Shown here one piece after another: positions 39,041 to 51,635 of a stretch of 64,000 bases of DNA. Under the pieces are notes generated by a model that did not search any database, was not told the DNA's origin, and saw only the letters and a list, made by a program, of their open reading frames with translations. Made by a program: the position numbers and the translations under genes. Origin of the DNA: Camelus dromedarius (lineage: Eukaryota). Position 1 is the stretch's first letter. Every line of letters starts with the position of its first letter. The stretch spans positions 10,604,001-10,668,000 of the forward strand of contig NC_087438.1 of the NCBI RefSeq assembly GCF_036321535.1. Reading direction: 5' to 3'.

Positions 39041-40975
39041 TTAAAAAAAGAAGAGAGACCCTGTGTATGAAATGAACAACTGGCTGTGAAAATGAACAAT
39101 TTACATTATATGGCAAGAAAGCCACCATCATGTGGAGGCTGAGTGGGTGATCCTCTTACAGATAATTCAATAATTGAGAGACTGAGAGAGAAAAAGCGGA
39201 TTATTTTTCAAGCAAACTGGGCATCAAAACTAACAAATGACTTTCAAGTTCACAGCCTCTGACGCATGAGAAGTCATTTCCACATTTAAACTTTCCTTTC
39301 TTCCTGTGGTGCCGCTGCCCAGATAAACAGGCAGCAGACAGAAACCTACTGAACAAGTAGGTGGCAGCAGGAATATCTTATACTGACAGAGAGTCTGCAG
39401 ATCCTCAGACAGCCCTGACTGACCAAAAACACTGTCCTGTTACACGTCGTCTCCACAAATATAAAGGCTGAAGTGATCTGTCTCGAGCAGGACCATCCTT
39501 CCTTGAAAGAGGGGAAAAAAAAATAGGTTCTGATGAAATACGTGTAGAAAGAATTATAAAGTGAGGGAAAGTGGATTTTCCCCACCAGATCCCTGAGGGT
39601 TGGGAAGGGGATGAGATGTGAGCAGACCTAGCCTCGAAATGGTCTGTCTGCTGCACGCAACCTATTCTTGAGTAGAAATCAAAACCCAAACTGGACTAGA
39701 AGCCCAAAGGGCAATAATGACAGCGATCTGTCCAAGAGCACAGAGAAACGTGGCTTCTTTCTTAATGTTTGAACTGAGCTGCGCTTGAATGAGAAAAAGA
39801 ATGAAATGCATGTCCACAGTCACGAACTCTAGAACACCGCCCTGATGTACCACAAGAACCCACAGTACCCTCAGTGTAAGCCACGGAACGAGAATAACCA
39901 TTTCAGGTTATTCATAATCAAAACAGGCAATCGTTTCCAAACCACCCAGCTGATAAATACAATGTGAAGCCTTGCAGTTTGTGAGATGGTTTAACGAGCT
40001 GCTACGCGTGACAGCTGACACCTCTGGTTCCAGATGTGAGAGGAGGGTCCTCAGCTCTCAAGAATGAGGTCCCAAGTCCTGAGTCCCTATGAAATTTCCA
40101 GTGTCACAGCCCAGGAAGTCAGCCCTGGGTACATCCACTTTCTGCCTGGCCCCTGCCTCGAGCCTGGCCTGTCAGAGCTCCCCTCAGTGCCCCCGGGCTC
40201 TGGTTACACACCCCCTAACAAGGGGAGCACGTCACTTTCTCGCCTCAGTAAAAATTACTTTGAAGAACACATATGAGAAGGAAAATGATCACTTTACCCA
40301 GTGGAAGATACTCTGAGATCTAGAGGTGAGAAGAAGACAGCAGTCACCTGTTAGTAATGGACAGCTTGGATGGTTAGCCCAGTCTCTCCTCGTATTTCTC
40401 TAAAAACCAACATGGCAGCACGGAAAAGAAATAAAACCCATGGCCATAAAGCCAAATATTCAGGAGCAGGTGCTTTCCTTCTTTGGCTGCCATACTGAGA
40501 CTTTTCAAAAGGCTGATGAGGCCACAAACAACTGGACACATGCCCAACTGTCTTGAGGCTCAGCCAGAAGTGCTCAAGTCGATACTCTGGCACACAGAAG
40601 TTCTAATTACTCAGCTACTCCATGGCCTACCCAGACCCTCTGTACTGTCACACATCTGCTGCTTCCATCTGACATCTGTTTAACCCTCAGCGTCTTCAGC
40701 GCTTTACAAGCTCATCTTAGTTCCATAGAGGGACTTGAAGTCTATGGAATTGATAAAGATGACAGTGACCTGGCTCATTTTAACTGATCATTCAGAATCT
40801 CTTAAAATAAGTGCCTGATTCACAGATCAGTCTTTACACTTTCCGTCCATGGGGGCTCACAGAATTGTGCTCTTTTTTTTTCTTTATGAGGCTATACTCA
40901 AGAGATTAAAGCACACATACCAGTGACAACAGTTTTTTTTTTTTTAACCTCTGTGATTAAAACAGTGAGATCTGA

Positions 40976-41116
40976 GGGGAGAGGGTATAGCTCAAGCGGT
41001 AGAGCTCACGCTTAGCATGCCTGAGGTCCTGGGTTCAACCCCTGGCACCTCCTCTAAAAATAAATAACTAAGCCTAATTACCTCCCCCCACCAAAAAAAC
41101 TATATATATAAAAAGA
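40976..41116 (+). mobile_element. tRNA-Ala-derived camelid-type SINE
   Basis: SINE head and tail. TSD taaaacagtgagatctg (40958-40974) / taaaatagtaagatctg (41117-41133). Confidence 0.92.
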
Positions 41117-41554
41117 TAAAATAGTAAGATCTGCTACAATTAAGGGAACTAATTTTTCAAGGAATAGCTAAACAGATACTAGGTTAAGACTACTTTTCCA
41201 GACTAATGCAATGTACGCATGGTTAACCTGATGATAAACACAGCATGTTTAGCTAAGCAAATAAACTAAAATAAACCAAAGGATAAAGTACACACCGATG
41301 TGTGTTTTTCCATGCACATGTGTATCAGGTTTTCTTGACGGTTCAGCTCATGACAAATTAATGAGTGCTGTATCAGGCGAAGTGAGCACCCCATACGGGA
41401 TTAAGTCACTTCTGCTGTGTGTCTAGATTTGGTCTCCTGAGAAGAAAAGAGTTGACAACTTTAAATTTGCTCTCTACCAAATTTTGTTACTCTCTTAATC
41501 CTGTGATTCTTCATCAATTCTTTTTTTTTTTTTTTCCCAATTTGGATTAACAGT

Positions 41555-41708
41555 GTCTCTGTAATTCAGTTTCTTCATCCATCAAATGCAGACAACTCTG
41601 GTACCTACCTCATAAGGGCTCTGGTGGAGACTGAATAAATTGATTTCATCTTACTAAATAAGAGAAAATAAACATCTAAAGTAAACATGTTAGCTTTCAT
41701 TATTATTT
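41555..41708 (+). mobile_element. MIR fragment
   Basis: 'tcagtttcttcatccatcaaatgcagacaactctggtacctacctcataaggg'. Confidence 0.65.
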
Positions 41709-41879
41709 TACTCAGAAATGATAATGTATCTGAAGCTCTGCACAAACATTAGCTTTTGAGTGTTGTATGTCAAACAAGGGAGTAGATTTTCTCATTAACT
41801 CTTAAAAATTAAACTGAAAAATGCTTATGCTGCATTGTGGAACCATAAACCAAAGTCAAAATCATCACTTTGCTATTGG

Positions 41880-42335
41880 GTTTATTCATGTTCCAACAAA
41901 CATCCATGTTCTCCGCTTCCTGGGCACACAGCTAAACTATATTTCCCAGTTTCCTCTGCAGGTAGGTGGGACCATGTGACCTGTTTTGGCCAATGAAATG
42001 TGGAAGAAGTGATGTGAAATCCAGTCATTAAGATGTGGGAGAAGTAATGAAGCCAATGAAATGTGAGGATGTGGGAGCAGGTCTGGTCCCTAAGAATTCC
42101 TGAGCGAACAAACCTCTGTCCTCACCTGTTAGTTGGATGCTGAAATCAGTGAACTCAGAGGCCCTAGAATATGGCACAACTATTACATACTGGGGACCTG
42201 GATTCCCGATGTCTGCATGGAGCACAGTCACCTCATGGACAAGGACTGTGGCACCAACAAGAAAGAAACTTCGAATCTGCCAAGTGACTGAGATGTCAGC
42301 ATTCTTTGCTCAAGGAGTTAACAGACCTTAACCCA
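41880..42335 (+). mobile_element. MaLR solo LTR (MLT1-type)
   Basis: 'ctatatttcccagtttcctctgcaggtaggtgggaccatgtgacctgttttggccaatgaaatgtggaagaagtgatgtg' is a typical MLT1 motif. Confidence 0.8.
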
Positions 42336-42374
42336 TGGTTTTCTCCTTCCTGCAGGCATGACTGTAACGTACTT

Positions 42375-42620
42375 GAGTAATAACGTCAGCTAACACTTTT
42401 ACCATGCGCCAAGCATCTAAGTGTTTTCCATGTATTAGCACTTTTAATCCTCTCCACTGACCTATGAGCCAGGCAGGTATTTTTTTCAGACCAGAAAAGT
42501 GAAACACAAAGAGTTCAATAATTTACCTAAGGTATCCATCCAAGGTAAGGTGAAGAACTGGAGTACAAGCTTCAGTCAAGTCCTAGAGCTGGTATTCTCA
42601 ACCACTAGAATATACTGCCT
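42375..42620 (-). mobile_element. MIR SINE
   Basis: 'cagctaacacttttaccatgcgccaagcatctaagtgttttccatgtattagcacttttaatcctc'. Confidence 0.7.
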
Positions 42621-43749
42621 TTTAAATATAAATGCACAAACACTGCACACGCATCTTTGGGATTATTCACCTTGGTGTTGCATAGGGTCAGTCCAGGCTC
42701 AGCCAAGAAGGCTGGTTGTCAATAAGGGATCCCCAGAGCATCCTTTCAGGGCACACCCCACTTTCTCATTTAAGTGGGGAGCTCATCATTCCTTTGGCTT
42801 CCTGGGGCTCCTAACTGAGGGATCATGTCTGGGCACATTCCATACACCCTCTCCCTTTGTTGTCTCTCTGCTCTGTCCTAAATCCTATTTCCCTTGGGAT
42901 CCTGCTAACTGAAAATTGATCACTCAGCAAGTGAACACATTCCATCAAGGTTCTCCTTCTCCGATTCTCTGTTCATTTCAACAGAGATTTTAACAGAGGC
43001 CTTCAAGGGACAATGCCATAATCTGAAATGGTAATTTGACTTCTGAGAGTTTCCAACATCTCCGGGGAGGCACAGGAGCCATGTTTGTTTGGATAAAGGG
43101 GAGTATTTGGCGCACCTCCGATCCCACCATGCGGGCACCGACTCTAGTGTGGGATAGAGCACGTGACTACAGACCAACTGTAAAACACGTCTCTTTATTT
43201 CTAGGCTGTGGCTGCAACACCCTACTTCAAGCACTGTCATCTGCTCTATGCCAGTTAGGAAAAGGAGCCACGGTAATCCCACCAGACGACTGGACATGAA
43301 GTTGTCCGTGACAGGTCAGCCTGGATACCTCCCAAAGATATCTCCCATCGTTAAAGACAAGTTTGTCTTCACTGCAGTGCAGTTCTTTGAGCCCACGCCA
43401 TGGAATAAAAACCATCAGTAACACACACTCTAGTGAGGCCCTCATTATGTGGAAATTTTACTTGTGAAAATGTTTCATAGCCTAGACTCCAGCCATGCTA
43501 CAGGAAAGTACAGCTTACCAAACTAAGGCGCTGTGTCCAAATCAGAGGTAAATAACAAGCCAGCAAATGACTCTCCCTCAGAGGTACCAATTTTTAAGGT
43601 CTGGATTACTCAAAGGAATTCCTTATGAGGCAATGATTCAGAAGCAAGTTCAAAACAGGGATACTGCAGTTCTAGTCAACTGGTGGCTCTTGCTGTGCAC
43701 TCTAATGAAAAGAAATAATAGAAGCCAGAAGAACTAGTCGAACAGTCAC

Positions 43750-43915
43750 TACCACCCTATGAAATACGTTTCCTATCATCTTTTTACCAGCTCTTTACAG
43801 AGGAGGAAGCAGGCTGAGAGGAGGTAAGTGATTTCATCAAGGTGACATCATGAGGAAGTGGCCAAGCCAGGACTTGAACTCCGGTGAACTCGCTGGTACT
43901 TGTAACCACTACCAA
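43750..43915 (-). mobile_element. MIR fragment
   Basis: 'tttacagaggaggaagcaggctgagaggaggtaagtgatttcatcaaggtgaca...gccaggacttgaactc'. Confidence 0.75.
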
Positions 43916-46900
43916 ACTGGGTATAACCAGAAACACTCATCCTGGTGATCAGATTTCTAGAAATAATCCGATCGAAAAAATCAAAAGCTGAACATCCTAT
44001 ATATAGTGAGGACTCAGCTTCTCCTGGAAAAGATCAGAGTTCTACAATCATATGGCCTCTCTCCGACACAGAAGAAGAAAAGAGTCAAACGCCTGCTTTA
44101 TAAGTAAACTACCAAATGCTTAGGAAGAATGCATGTGGCGAAGTTGCCTGTTCTTGTGCAGCAAATCAACAGGAATGCTTGACACATGAGCTAGAATACA
44201 CCTCGGCCAGGCCAGGGCTGCCCAAATCACTACACATTACGTGCGTCTGAAGAATCAGTCCTAGAAACTGCCTCCCAGCAAAACAATCAGATCAAATCAA
44301 AGGGTTGTTAGCTATGTCCTGTGTTCTGGGCAAGGGACCTGAGGCAAAAAGAAGCTATTTTCCCCATCCTCAAGATCTGTAAAAGATGTAAGACGTAAGT
44401 TCCGTGTCTTCATCGAAGCTCATCAACTCTCCTAACCAAGTAGTAATTTCAGCCAAGGAAGAACCAGCCTAGCCTCTAAATAGGTCCTTGGGAACATTAG
44501 TACCGTGTTCTGTAAGTCGGGGAACTGCTAATACTGCATTTCTGACCTTGGTTTTGCAATTTTGGGATCGGAGGGAAGAAGCTACCCATCTTCTCTTTAT
44601 TGGTAAGATAAATGGAAAGTACCATGTTTTAAGTTGAAAAGCACCTCTCTAAATGATACCCTAAAATCACCATGACAGACTGCAGACTTAAGGACAACCA
44701 CTGAGCAGGTTTTTTAAAAATGGGTATGCTAAGCAAAAATGTTAGGCAGAAAACTTCTTGGGTATTTGTGGCTTCCCTTCAGAACAATCCTCTTTTGTGC
44801 CTGGGCTCGTTGGGCAAGCGTGTTTTCCTAACGCAGGGCCCCATCATGCGGAGAACACATTACTTGTGGCTAGCCCCCAGCGCTGGCACTACCGTGCCCG
44901 TTACACACACCCACGCGGGCCGGAACGCCCGGAGGTGGGGACAGAACGAACAGGAAAGTTGTCCCTGCACTGAGGGAAGAGGCCAAATCAAACACACCCC
45001 GGGGCCTGTGGTGGGGAAAAAGAAGAGGCCGGAAAGATACTCCCTGGTGGCCTGGCATGTTTAAATGTTGTGGGTTCGGGGGATGGGGGTGCTAGTGTCA
45101 AGCTTTGGGGGTAAAAAACAACATCTCTAACTTAGAAAAATAGTTCGGTCAGTAGTGAAAGATTACAGCCACAGAAAGCACCAAACACACTAGCAGAGAG
45201 CTGTTTAAGAGCCCGAGGTCATGGATCTGTTTTCCCAAAGTGCCTTCCCACTGGCCACCCTCCCAAGCACTGCCCAGGAAGGCCAGCCCTGGCGCTGGCC
45301 CTGCCCGTGAAGCACTGAATCTGATTCCGACTTTCCATCACGTCTAGCCCAGTGCCTTGGCACTGCAGAAGGTTTGCCTGGGACTTGCCTGGCTTTGGCC
45401 CTGAGAGGCCTGGATCCCGGGAAACCCTTCAGTCCTGGGCAGCCTGGGCCAGCTGGTGACTGTAAAGGTATCTCGTGTTCTCAGCAGGCCCTCATGGAGA
45501 CGTGGTTCAATGGTCCTTTTCCCCCCCGACCCTTACAAGGACACACTTATAGATGAAGCAACTTTTTTGATAAATAGAATATGATTCAAGGGAAATTATA
45601 ATTTTGAGTATGCCCAGTGCTGAACCACATATAAGGTAACATATCCAAACATATTTAAAGCTGTTTTAAGTCATATAGGGCTATCTCTCTCATGTATTTT
45701 TTTTTTACATTAAGATATACTATTTAATAATACTATTGCCGGTGCATTTAAAAGCCACATTCTTTCAACTTGAATCTGCACAAAGTGTTAGAACTCTTGT
45801 GATTTGAGAGAACTACCCCCCATGGAGTTGTGACCTAGTAGCCCCAGCCTCCCATGTGGAACTCTGCCTTGGGGAGGAGGGGAGTGAGGCAGGAGCAAAC
45901 AGGACCCATGGTTGATCCCCAATCTCTGGTCTCCCCTTACGAATACTTGACCCCACCTGTCTCCACTGTCCTCCATGAAATGCCAACTTCCCCGACTGGC
46001 TAGCTTGACTCACACTCTCAAGGCAGAGTGGGCAGCAAAAGGATGTGGATGAAGGAAGGACTGCAGAATTTCCTCATTCTGCCATGACCACCATTTGGTC
46101 TTTCTTGTAGCAAACCCCCTGGGGCCACTTCATCAGGCATTTGATTGCCTCTCCAGGGTCCCCAGTGACCCCAGGCTGCCCACCCAATGGCGTCCTTTCA
46201 CTCAATTGACTGCTTTGGGATTCTGGAGACACAGCGTGAGGCTGCCTGGGTTTTGTTGCTGATTATTTGCTGATTTTCATGATGTCATAGAACCTCATTT
46301 CTTTCAATGGCTGTTTAAACATATGCTAACCATTTGCAAAGGTCAGGAACCAGGAAAATAAAAATCTTTGAAAATGGTTTTATTGTAGTTCACCCACCTT
46401 TGCCCAAGCTTACTTGGCCACAGTCTCCAATATTCACCCAAAGCTTCCCACTATCCTGCCGCATAATGTGGGAAACTTACTCAACTAAGCTATTCACAGA
46501 CTTAAAAACAAACATTCTCTCCTCCTCAACCTGCATATTAATCTTGCTAATTGAGGAAAAGCAGTTACCCAATCACAGACTATTTCCTGTAGATTAATCT
46601 TTTTTTTTTTTTATCACCAAGTTAAATTAAGAAAGATAAGGAAGAGAGAGAACCTTTAAGGAACAAAGATTAATCATTTATGAAAGGTATTTTGCTTTTA
46701 AAACTAACCTAAATTTTGAAGGAAAAAAATAAAATCCTTGCCCAGCAAAATACCCAATTCTCCCTCAGTATTTCTCAAGAGCCCCTAACACCCACAGTGC
46801 ACAGTTCTACCCAAAATTACAGTGAAATTTCCTGGCAGCCTCCTACCAAGAAGAGTAATTTTTAGATCAATAACTTCCAAATACAAGTTTTAAAAAATAT

Positions 46901-47907
46901 TTTCTGGTCTGAAAATCACATGAAGAAATTAGTCTTTAAGCAGTTACCTTTCCAAAAGAGAACACAGTTCAAAAACTAAAAACGTAACAAGTATTTTAAG
47001 GTTTTTAAAAGGTTGCTGTCACAGACATAAATTTTATCGTCTCAGTGGAAATACTGACAGTTTTCCATGTGTGAGTAAATAATATTCCTACTATTGTGTT
47101 TTGTTATAAGGTCCCCAAATAGTTGCAATGAGGGAAAAAATAATTCTAAATTATAAAAAGCAGATCCCTTCCCTGAAAATTCAGTAACCAAAGTCAGTGA
47201 TCAAATTGCTAGTAAATGGTTCCAGCGGCACACACAGGGGAAAAAGTAAAAGTAAACACGTGGCATCTAGTAAACATCTAGCATCAAGTCATCTAGAAAA
47301 CACAGAGTGAGAATGGAAAACAAATTCTAATAGAATATTTAAAACTGCTTCAAGAGGAATCAGAGGAGGTAAGTTTCCAACATGGTTAAAGGAAGTTTGA
47401 ATTACTATTTGTGCTTTAGTTTTCTAGCTTTAAAATGGGAATCTAGATTTCCATTCCACCGTGAAAGCAATGAAAAAGTTGGGAAGAATATGACTACTGA
47501 GAAAGTGGGAAAACGCATCCTTTTTGAAAAGGAGAAATTAAACTAGTTTCCAAAAATTACTTCCAGCTACCTTCCAATTGACAATTAAAATATATCTGTC
47601 TATAACCGAATGAGTGAGTGGCCGGAGACAATTTCTGGTGCTTAATGTGTTTCCCATTTCTTGATGCGATTACGCAGCTGGTTTGGTGGGCCCCGAGCTT
47701 GGCCAACTTGGTTCTTATTCCTGTGTCTCAGCGCAGTCGGGCAGCAAACAGAACCACAGTGAGGTCAGTGGCTTTCCTCCACTCATCTTAAGGCTCTCGA
47801 TAGATCATATCTTCAGGTGCTCACAGGCAGGTGAATACTCATTCCATTCTTGAACCATAGTGTAGCCACACATTTTGGAAGTTCTACCAGAGAAGACTGG
47901 AAAGAAG

Positions 47908-48499
47908 TGTAAGCAGCTCTTTTGCCCGTTTTCTGTTTGTTCAGCTGTTTTCCTCACACCTTAATCGTAAAGATGAGCTCACTAGGCAACATTTAACCTG
48001 ACTCCTGATTTTTGCTTTATCGAATGTACACAGTGCCTTGTCTAACCTGTTGATACCTTTCCTGGATTAGAAGGAGTAAGAATGAAGAATTAAGTAGTTG
48101 AAGAATGACTGACTCTCTACCCCTAGTTTCCCCTTAGTAAATTTGCAGGTGGACCCTGCAGGTGCAGGTGGACCACACAGGAAAGAGAGCATCTAACTGC
48201 AGGCGAATCATGTGAGCAAGACAGCATCCAAGGGAAGATCAGGAGCCAGCACGTCTGCATGCAGTGGGAAAATGACAATCCGACCTCTCACCTTAATGAT
48301 TAACTGAGACTGTTTCCCCTTTTTCCCTTTAAAAACCATCATGGCTGAGCAGGATCTTCAGAGTTGGTCTCTGGACATGAGTCCACCTTCTCCTCAGACT
48401 GCCAGCTTTTCTGAATAAAGCACCTTTCCTTTCCAGAGACACATGCCTCTCGATCATTGGCTTTTGAGCAGCAAGCAGCCGAACCTGAGTTTGGTAACA
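47908..48499 (+). mobile_element. ERV1-type solo LTR
   Basis: The 3' half is clear: TATA-like 'tttaaaaa', AATAAA near 48414, and end 'cctgagtttggtaaca'. The 5' boundary is inferred from a TG start and GAAG TSD (47904-47907 / 48500-48503). Confidence 0.7.
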
Positions 48500-48662
48500 G
48501 AAGAACTGACTTAACACGCTCATTAAAAATGAGGTGTCTTTCTTGATACTCTGACAAACCCTCTTCTGTAAAGCTCAGGTCTTGGGGTGGGAGTGGGGTT
48601 CATTCACTGACAAGGGTGTTAGCTATTCACAGTAACTGGTAACAGACTAGACAAAGGTCTCA

Positions 48663-49138
48663 CTTACTAAAAACAAACAAACATCACATAATGTAAAAGC
48701 TGTGAGTCGAATTCTTCCAGTGTCTTACTGAGGACTATATACTGGGAGATAGCCTCCAGACGGCTCTGAGAAACTGTCCTGACAAGGTGGGGGGTGGGGT
48801 CAGTACTTATATAATTATGGTGAAGGGGAGCATGCCACAAAGCACACATCTCAGTAGAAGGGTGCTGTTAGGCATGAGGAGCAGACATCTTGGTTTTTTA
48901 ATAATTTTAGTGCTTTCCTAGGTTTAAGAAGATGCAAGAGATTGGGTTCACAAAATTTTCTGCTAAAAATACCCAGCTATCTGAAGGTCTGTTCTGCCAG
49001 TTCTTCCCAGGGCACAGAGAGCCTCATTCCTGTTCTCCACCCTGGACTCCTTTCAGGGTGTGTTGAAGGTCAGTGGCCACAGTGGTTAATGACCTAGTCC
49101 TTGTAGAGCTGGCTGGCAGGTGACATTCTTTAGTTGGC
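48663..49138 (-). mobile_element. ERV solo LTR (artiodactyl ERV1-like)
   Basis: 'cttactgaggactata..ctgggagatagcctc..gctctgagaaactg...tttcagggtgtgttgaaggtcag' resembles ungulate ERV1 LTRs. Boundaries approximate. Confidence 0.65.
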
Positions 49139-49169
49139 TCCTGTATAGCTTGCTGGGCTGTTAGCAACA

Positions 49170-49592
49170 CCGGTTTCCCTTGCTATGCGAGAGCAGAGCG
49201 TTCTGATGAAAACTTTCGTAAGCCAACATGGTGTAAAGTGAAGAATCAATTACTTAAAGACACATCTTGCTAACAGGATGCACAAAATAAATCGAGATAA
49301 AGCACAGATGCTCACAGACACAGCTGAAAGCCATGAGACTTGATGCTGAGATGCTGAGTATGGTTCCCAGTGAAGGAGCTTGGCGGGGCCCATCTTCCTG
49401 GTCTATGCATGAGCTGCCCTACAAGGGATCACTGAGAAACTAATGCTGAATGCTATTTTGCTTTTCATCTTTTCCCCTAAATTTGAAAACCCTCTTTGGA
49501 TTTCTTTCAGTTAGCCAGAACAGGTACTAACGTAGGTCTTTCATAAAACTGAAGTGGCGCCTAACGAACTTTTGAAAAGTGGGGGATACCTG
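49170..49592. mobile_element. TcMar-Tigger non-autonomous DNA transposon
   Basis: Degenerate terminal inverted repeats ('ccggtttcccttgct' / 'agtgggggatacctg'). The right end is followed by TA. Confidence 0.7.
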
Positions 49593-49763
49593 TACCAATC
49601 CTTGTAACACCTGAAGCTTGTGCTTTCCCTGGCCTGTCTTAGGGCTGATTCCCAAGGTTGCAGGTGTAAAGAAGGGTAAGGATCACTTAAGCATTCAGGA
49701 CTGAAAAGGTTCCTGTGCAACCTTAAAAGCAAGTGATGATATTTGCCAGAGACCTTTGAAAAC

Positions 49764-50300
49764 AGACAGTGGAAGCAATCTAAACATCTATGGACAGATG
49801 ACTGGATAAAGATGTCTTTTATATATATGTATATTTATATATATCATTTATAAGTATTTTTTATACACACACAATGGAATACTAGTCAGCCATAAAAAAG
49901 AATGAAATAATGCCATTGGTAGTGACATGGATGGACTTAGAGATTATCATACTAAGTGAAGTAAGTCAGATAAAGAAAGACAAATATCATATGATATCAC
50001 TTATATGTGGAATCTAAAGAATATGACACAAATGAATTTATTTATAAAACAGAAGCAGACTCACAGACACAGAAAAACTTATGGTTATCAAAAGGGAAGG
50101 AGGCAGAGGATAAATTAGGAATTTGAGATTTGTAGATACAAACTACTATATATATAAAATAGACTAACAACTAAGACTATGAAAAAGAATATATATATAT
50201 ATATACACATGTAACTGAGTCACTATGCTGTGCACAGAAACTAACACAACATTGTAAATCAACTATACTTCAATTTTTTTAAAAAAAGGGAAAAGAAAGA
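49764..50300 (+). mobile_element. 5'-truncated L1 (ORF2 end + 3' UTR)
   Basis: 'aatggaatactagtcagccataaaaaagaatgaaataatgcca...actaagtgaagtaagtcag...caactatacttcaat' followed by an A-rich tail. Confidence 0.92.
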
Positions 50301-50958
50301 GAAGATAGTTAAGATGTTACCCACTGTGGCCCGGCCTGGGCTGGGCCCGAGGGAGATGAGCCCGGCTGACCTGAGGCCCGCCCAACTCATCATATTCTGC
50401 AAGGAGAGCCCGATCTGGTGCATAATTCTATCCCCTTGTGGGTCACTCCTTCATTCACGTAACAGAAATACGTATGTGCAAAGGGACTGTCTGCCGTCAC
50501 CCAACAACGCGCTCCATCTCCCTCCTGCACTGACCACTCCTCTCAGTAACACACCACCTCAGACTTGGCCGCAGGAAGGAGTCAGGATACCAAACAGCAC
50601 CACTGCAGGGCTCGGTGGGGCTCCAGAGGACCTGCACCCCATTGTGCGCCGATCTGGCTTAAATTCACAGCGTGGCTCCCCTTCCACAAAAATTCATAAG
50701 CATCTTTAAAGTATGGAGATAACTACTGTGATTTTATATATAATTTTAAAGCACAAAGAAAGAAGGACGGATGACAGGGGGTCGGGGGGAGAACGTGGGC
50801 TCTGCCGTTGGCCTGTGGGCACAGAGGAGGGCTCTGTCGCCCGACCCTGGACAAGTTATCTGCTGCCTTCAGCTTCAGTTTCCCCATCTGTAAAATGGAG
50901 AAATTAACAGAAGCCGCCCCAGGGGAAGAACCCTCCATTGAAAATGCTCAGCCTTGCA

Positions 50959-51260
50959 GGAGAAGGCAGAGCTCAGTGATAGTATGTGCTCAGCAGGCAT
51001 GAGAACCTGGGTTCAACCTCCAGTACCTCCATTAAAAAAATAAATATTTTGAAATGCGCACCTCTTGGGGAGTGATGGAAATGTTAGCTATCTTGACTGC
51101 GGTGGTGGTTTCATGGGTGTAGACATCTATCAAAATTTATCAAATTGTACATCTGACATATGTGTAGTTTACAGAAATTTTACTACAATACAGGTGTTTA
51201 AAAATAAAATAAAAATTCGAAAATAAATAAACCTAATTACCTTCCCCTCACCAAAAAATT
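50959..51260 (+). mobile_element. tRNA-derived SINE split by a nested L1M-like insert (51047-51219)
   Basis: SINE head 50959-51046 and SINE tail 'aaataaacctaattaccttcccc' after 51220. Outer TSD aaaatgctcagccttgca / aaaatactcagtctttgca. Confidence 0.85.
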
Positions 51261-51454
51261 AAAATACTCAGTCTTTGCACGATCTGGGGTAAAAAGTTGT
51301 CCGCAAACAGCAATGGCTGTTGTCGTCACTGTTGCTGACTGCAGCAGAGGCGAGCGTGCTCAGAGTCGGGGACGAAGGGGCAGTGTTGGGGGAAACCCAC
51401 ATGCACTGACGATTTACGAAGACATTTCTTGAGATTCTTAAAAATGTAAAGCTC

Positions 51455-51635
51455 TATTGGTCTTGGGCAAGTCACTTACCCTCTCTGTGCCTTAATTTCC
51501 TCATTGGGAGAAAGAGGATCCTAACAGTAGCTGTTTGCTAGCGTTATTCAGCAGATTGATGGATTAATATACATAAAGCGTTTAGAGCCATTCTCTGGAA
51601 CAGAGTCAGGACTATTTAACCCTTTGTTATCACCA
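51455..51635 (+). mobile_element. MIR SINE
   Basis: 'cttgggcaagtcacttaccctctctgtgccttaatttcctcat...ataaagcgtttaga'. Confidence 0.8.

Noticed and set aside
14524..41116. tRNA-Ala(AGC)-like sequences as tRNA genes
   Set aside because: They are diverged heads with A-rich SINE tails and flanking duplications, so they are SINEs rather than tRNA genes.
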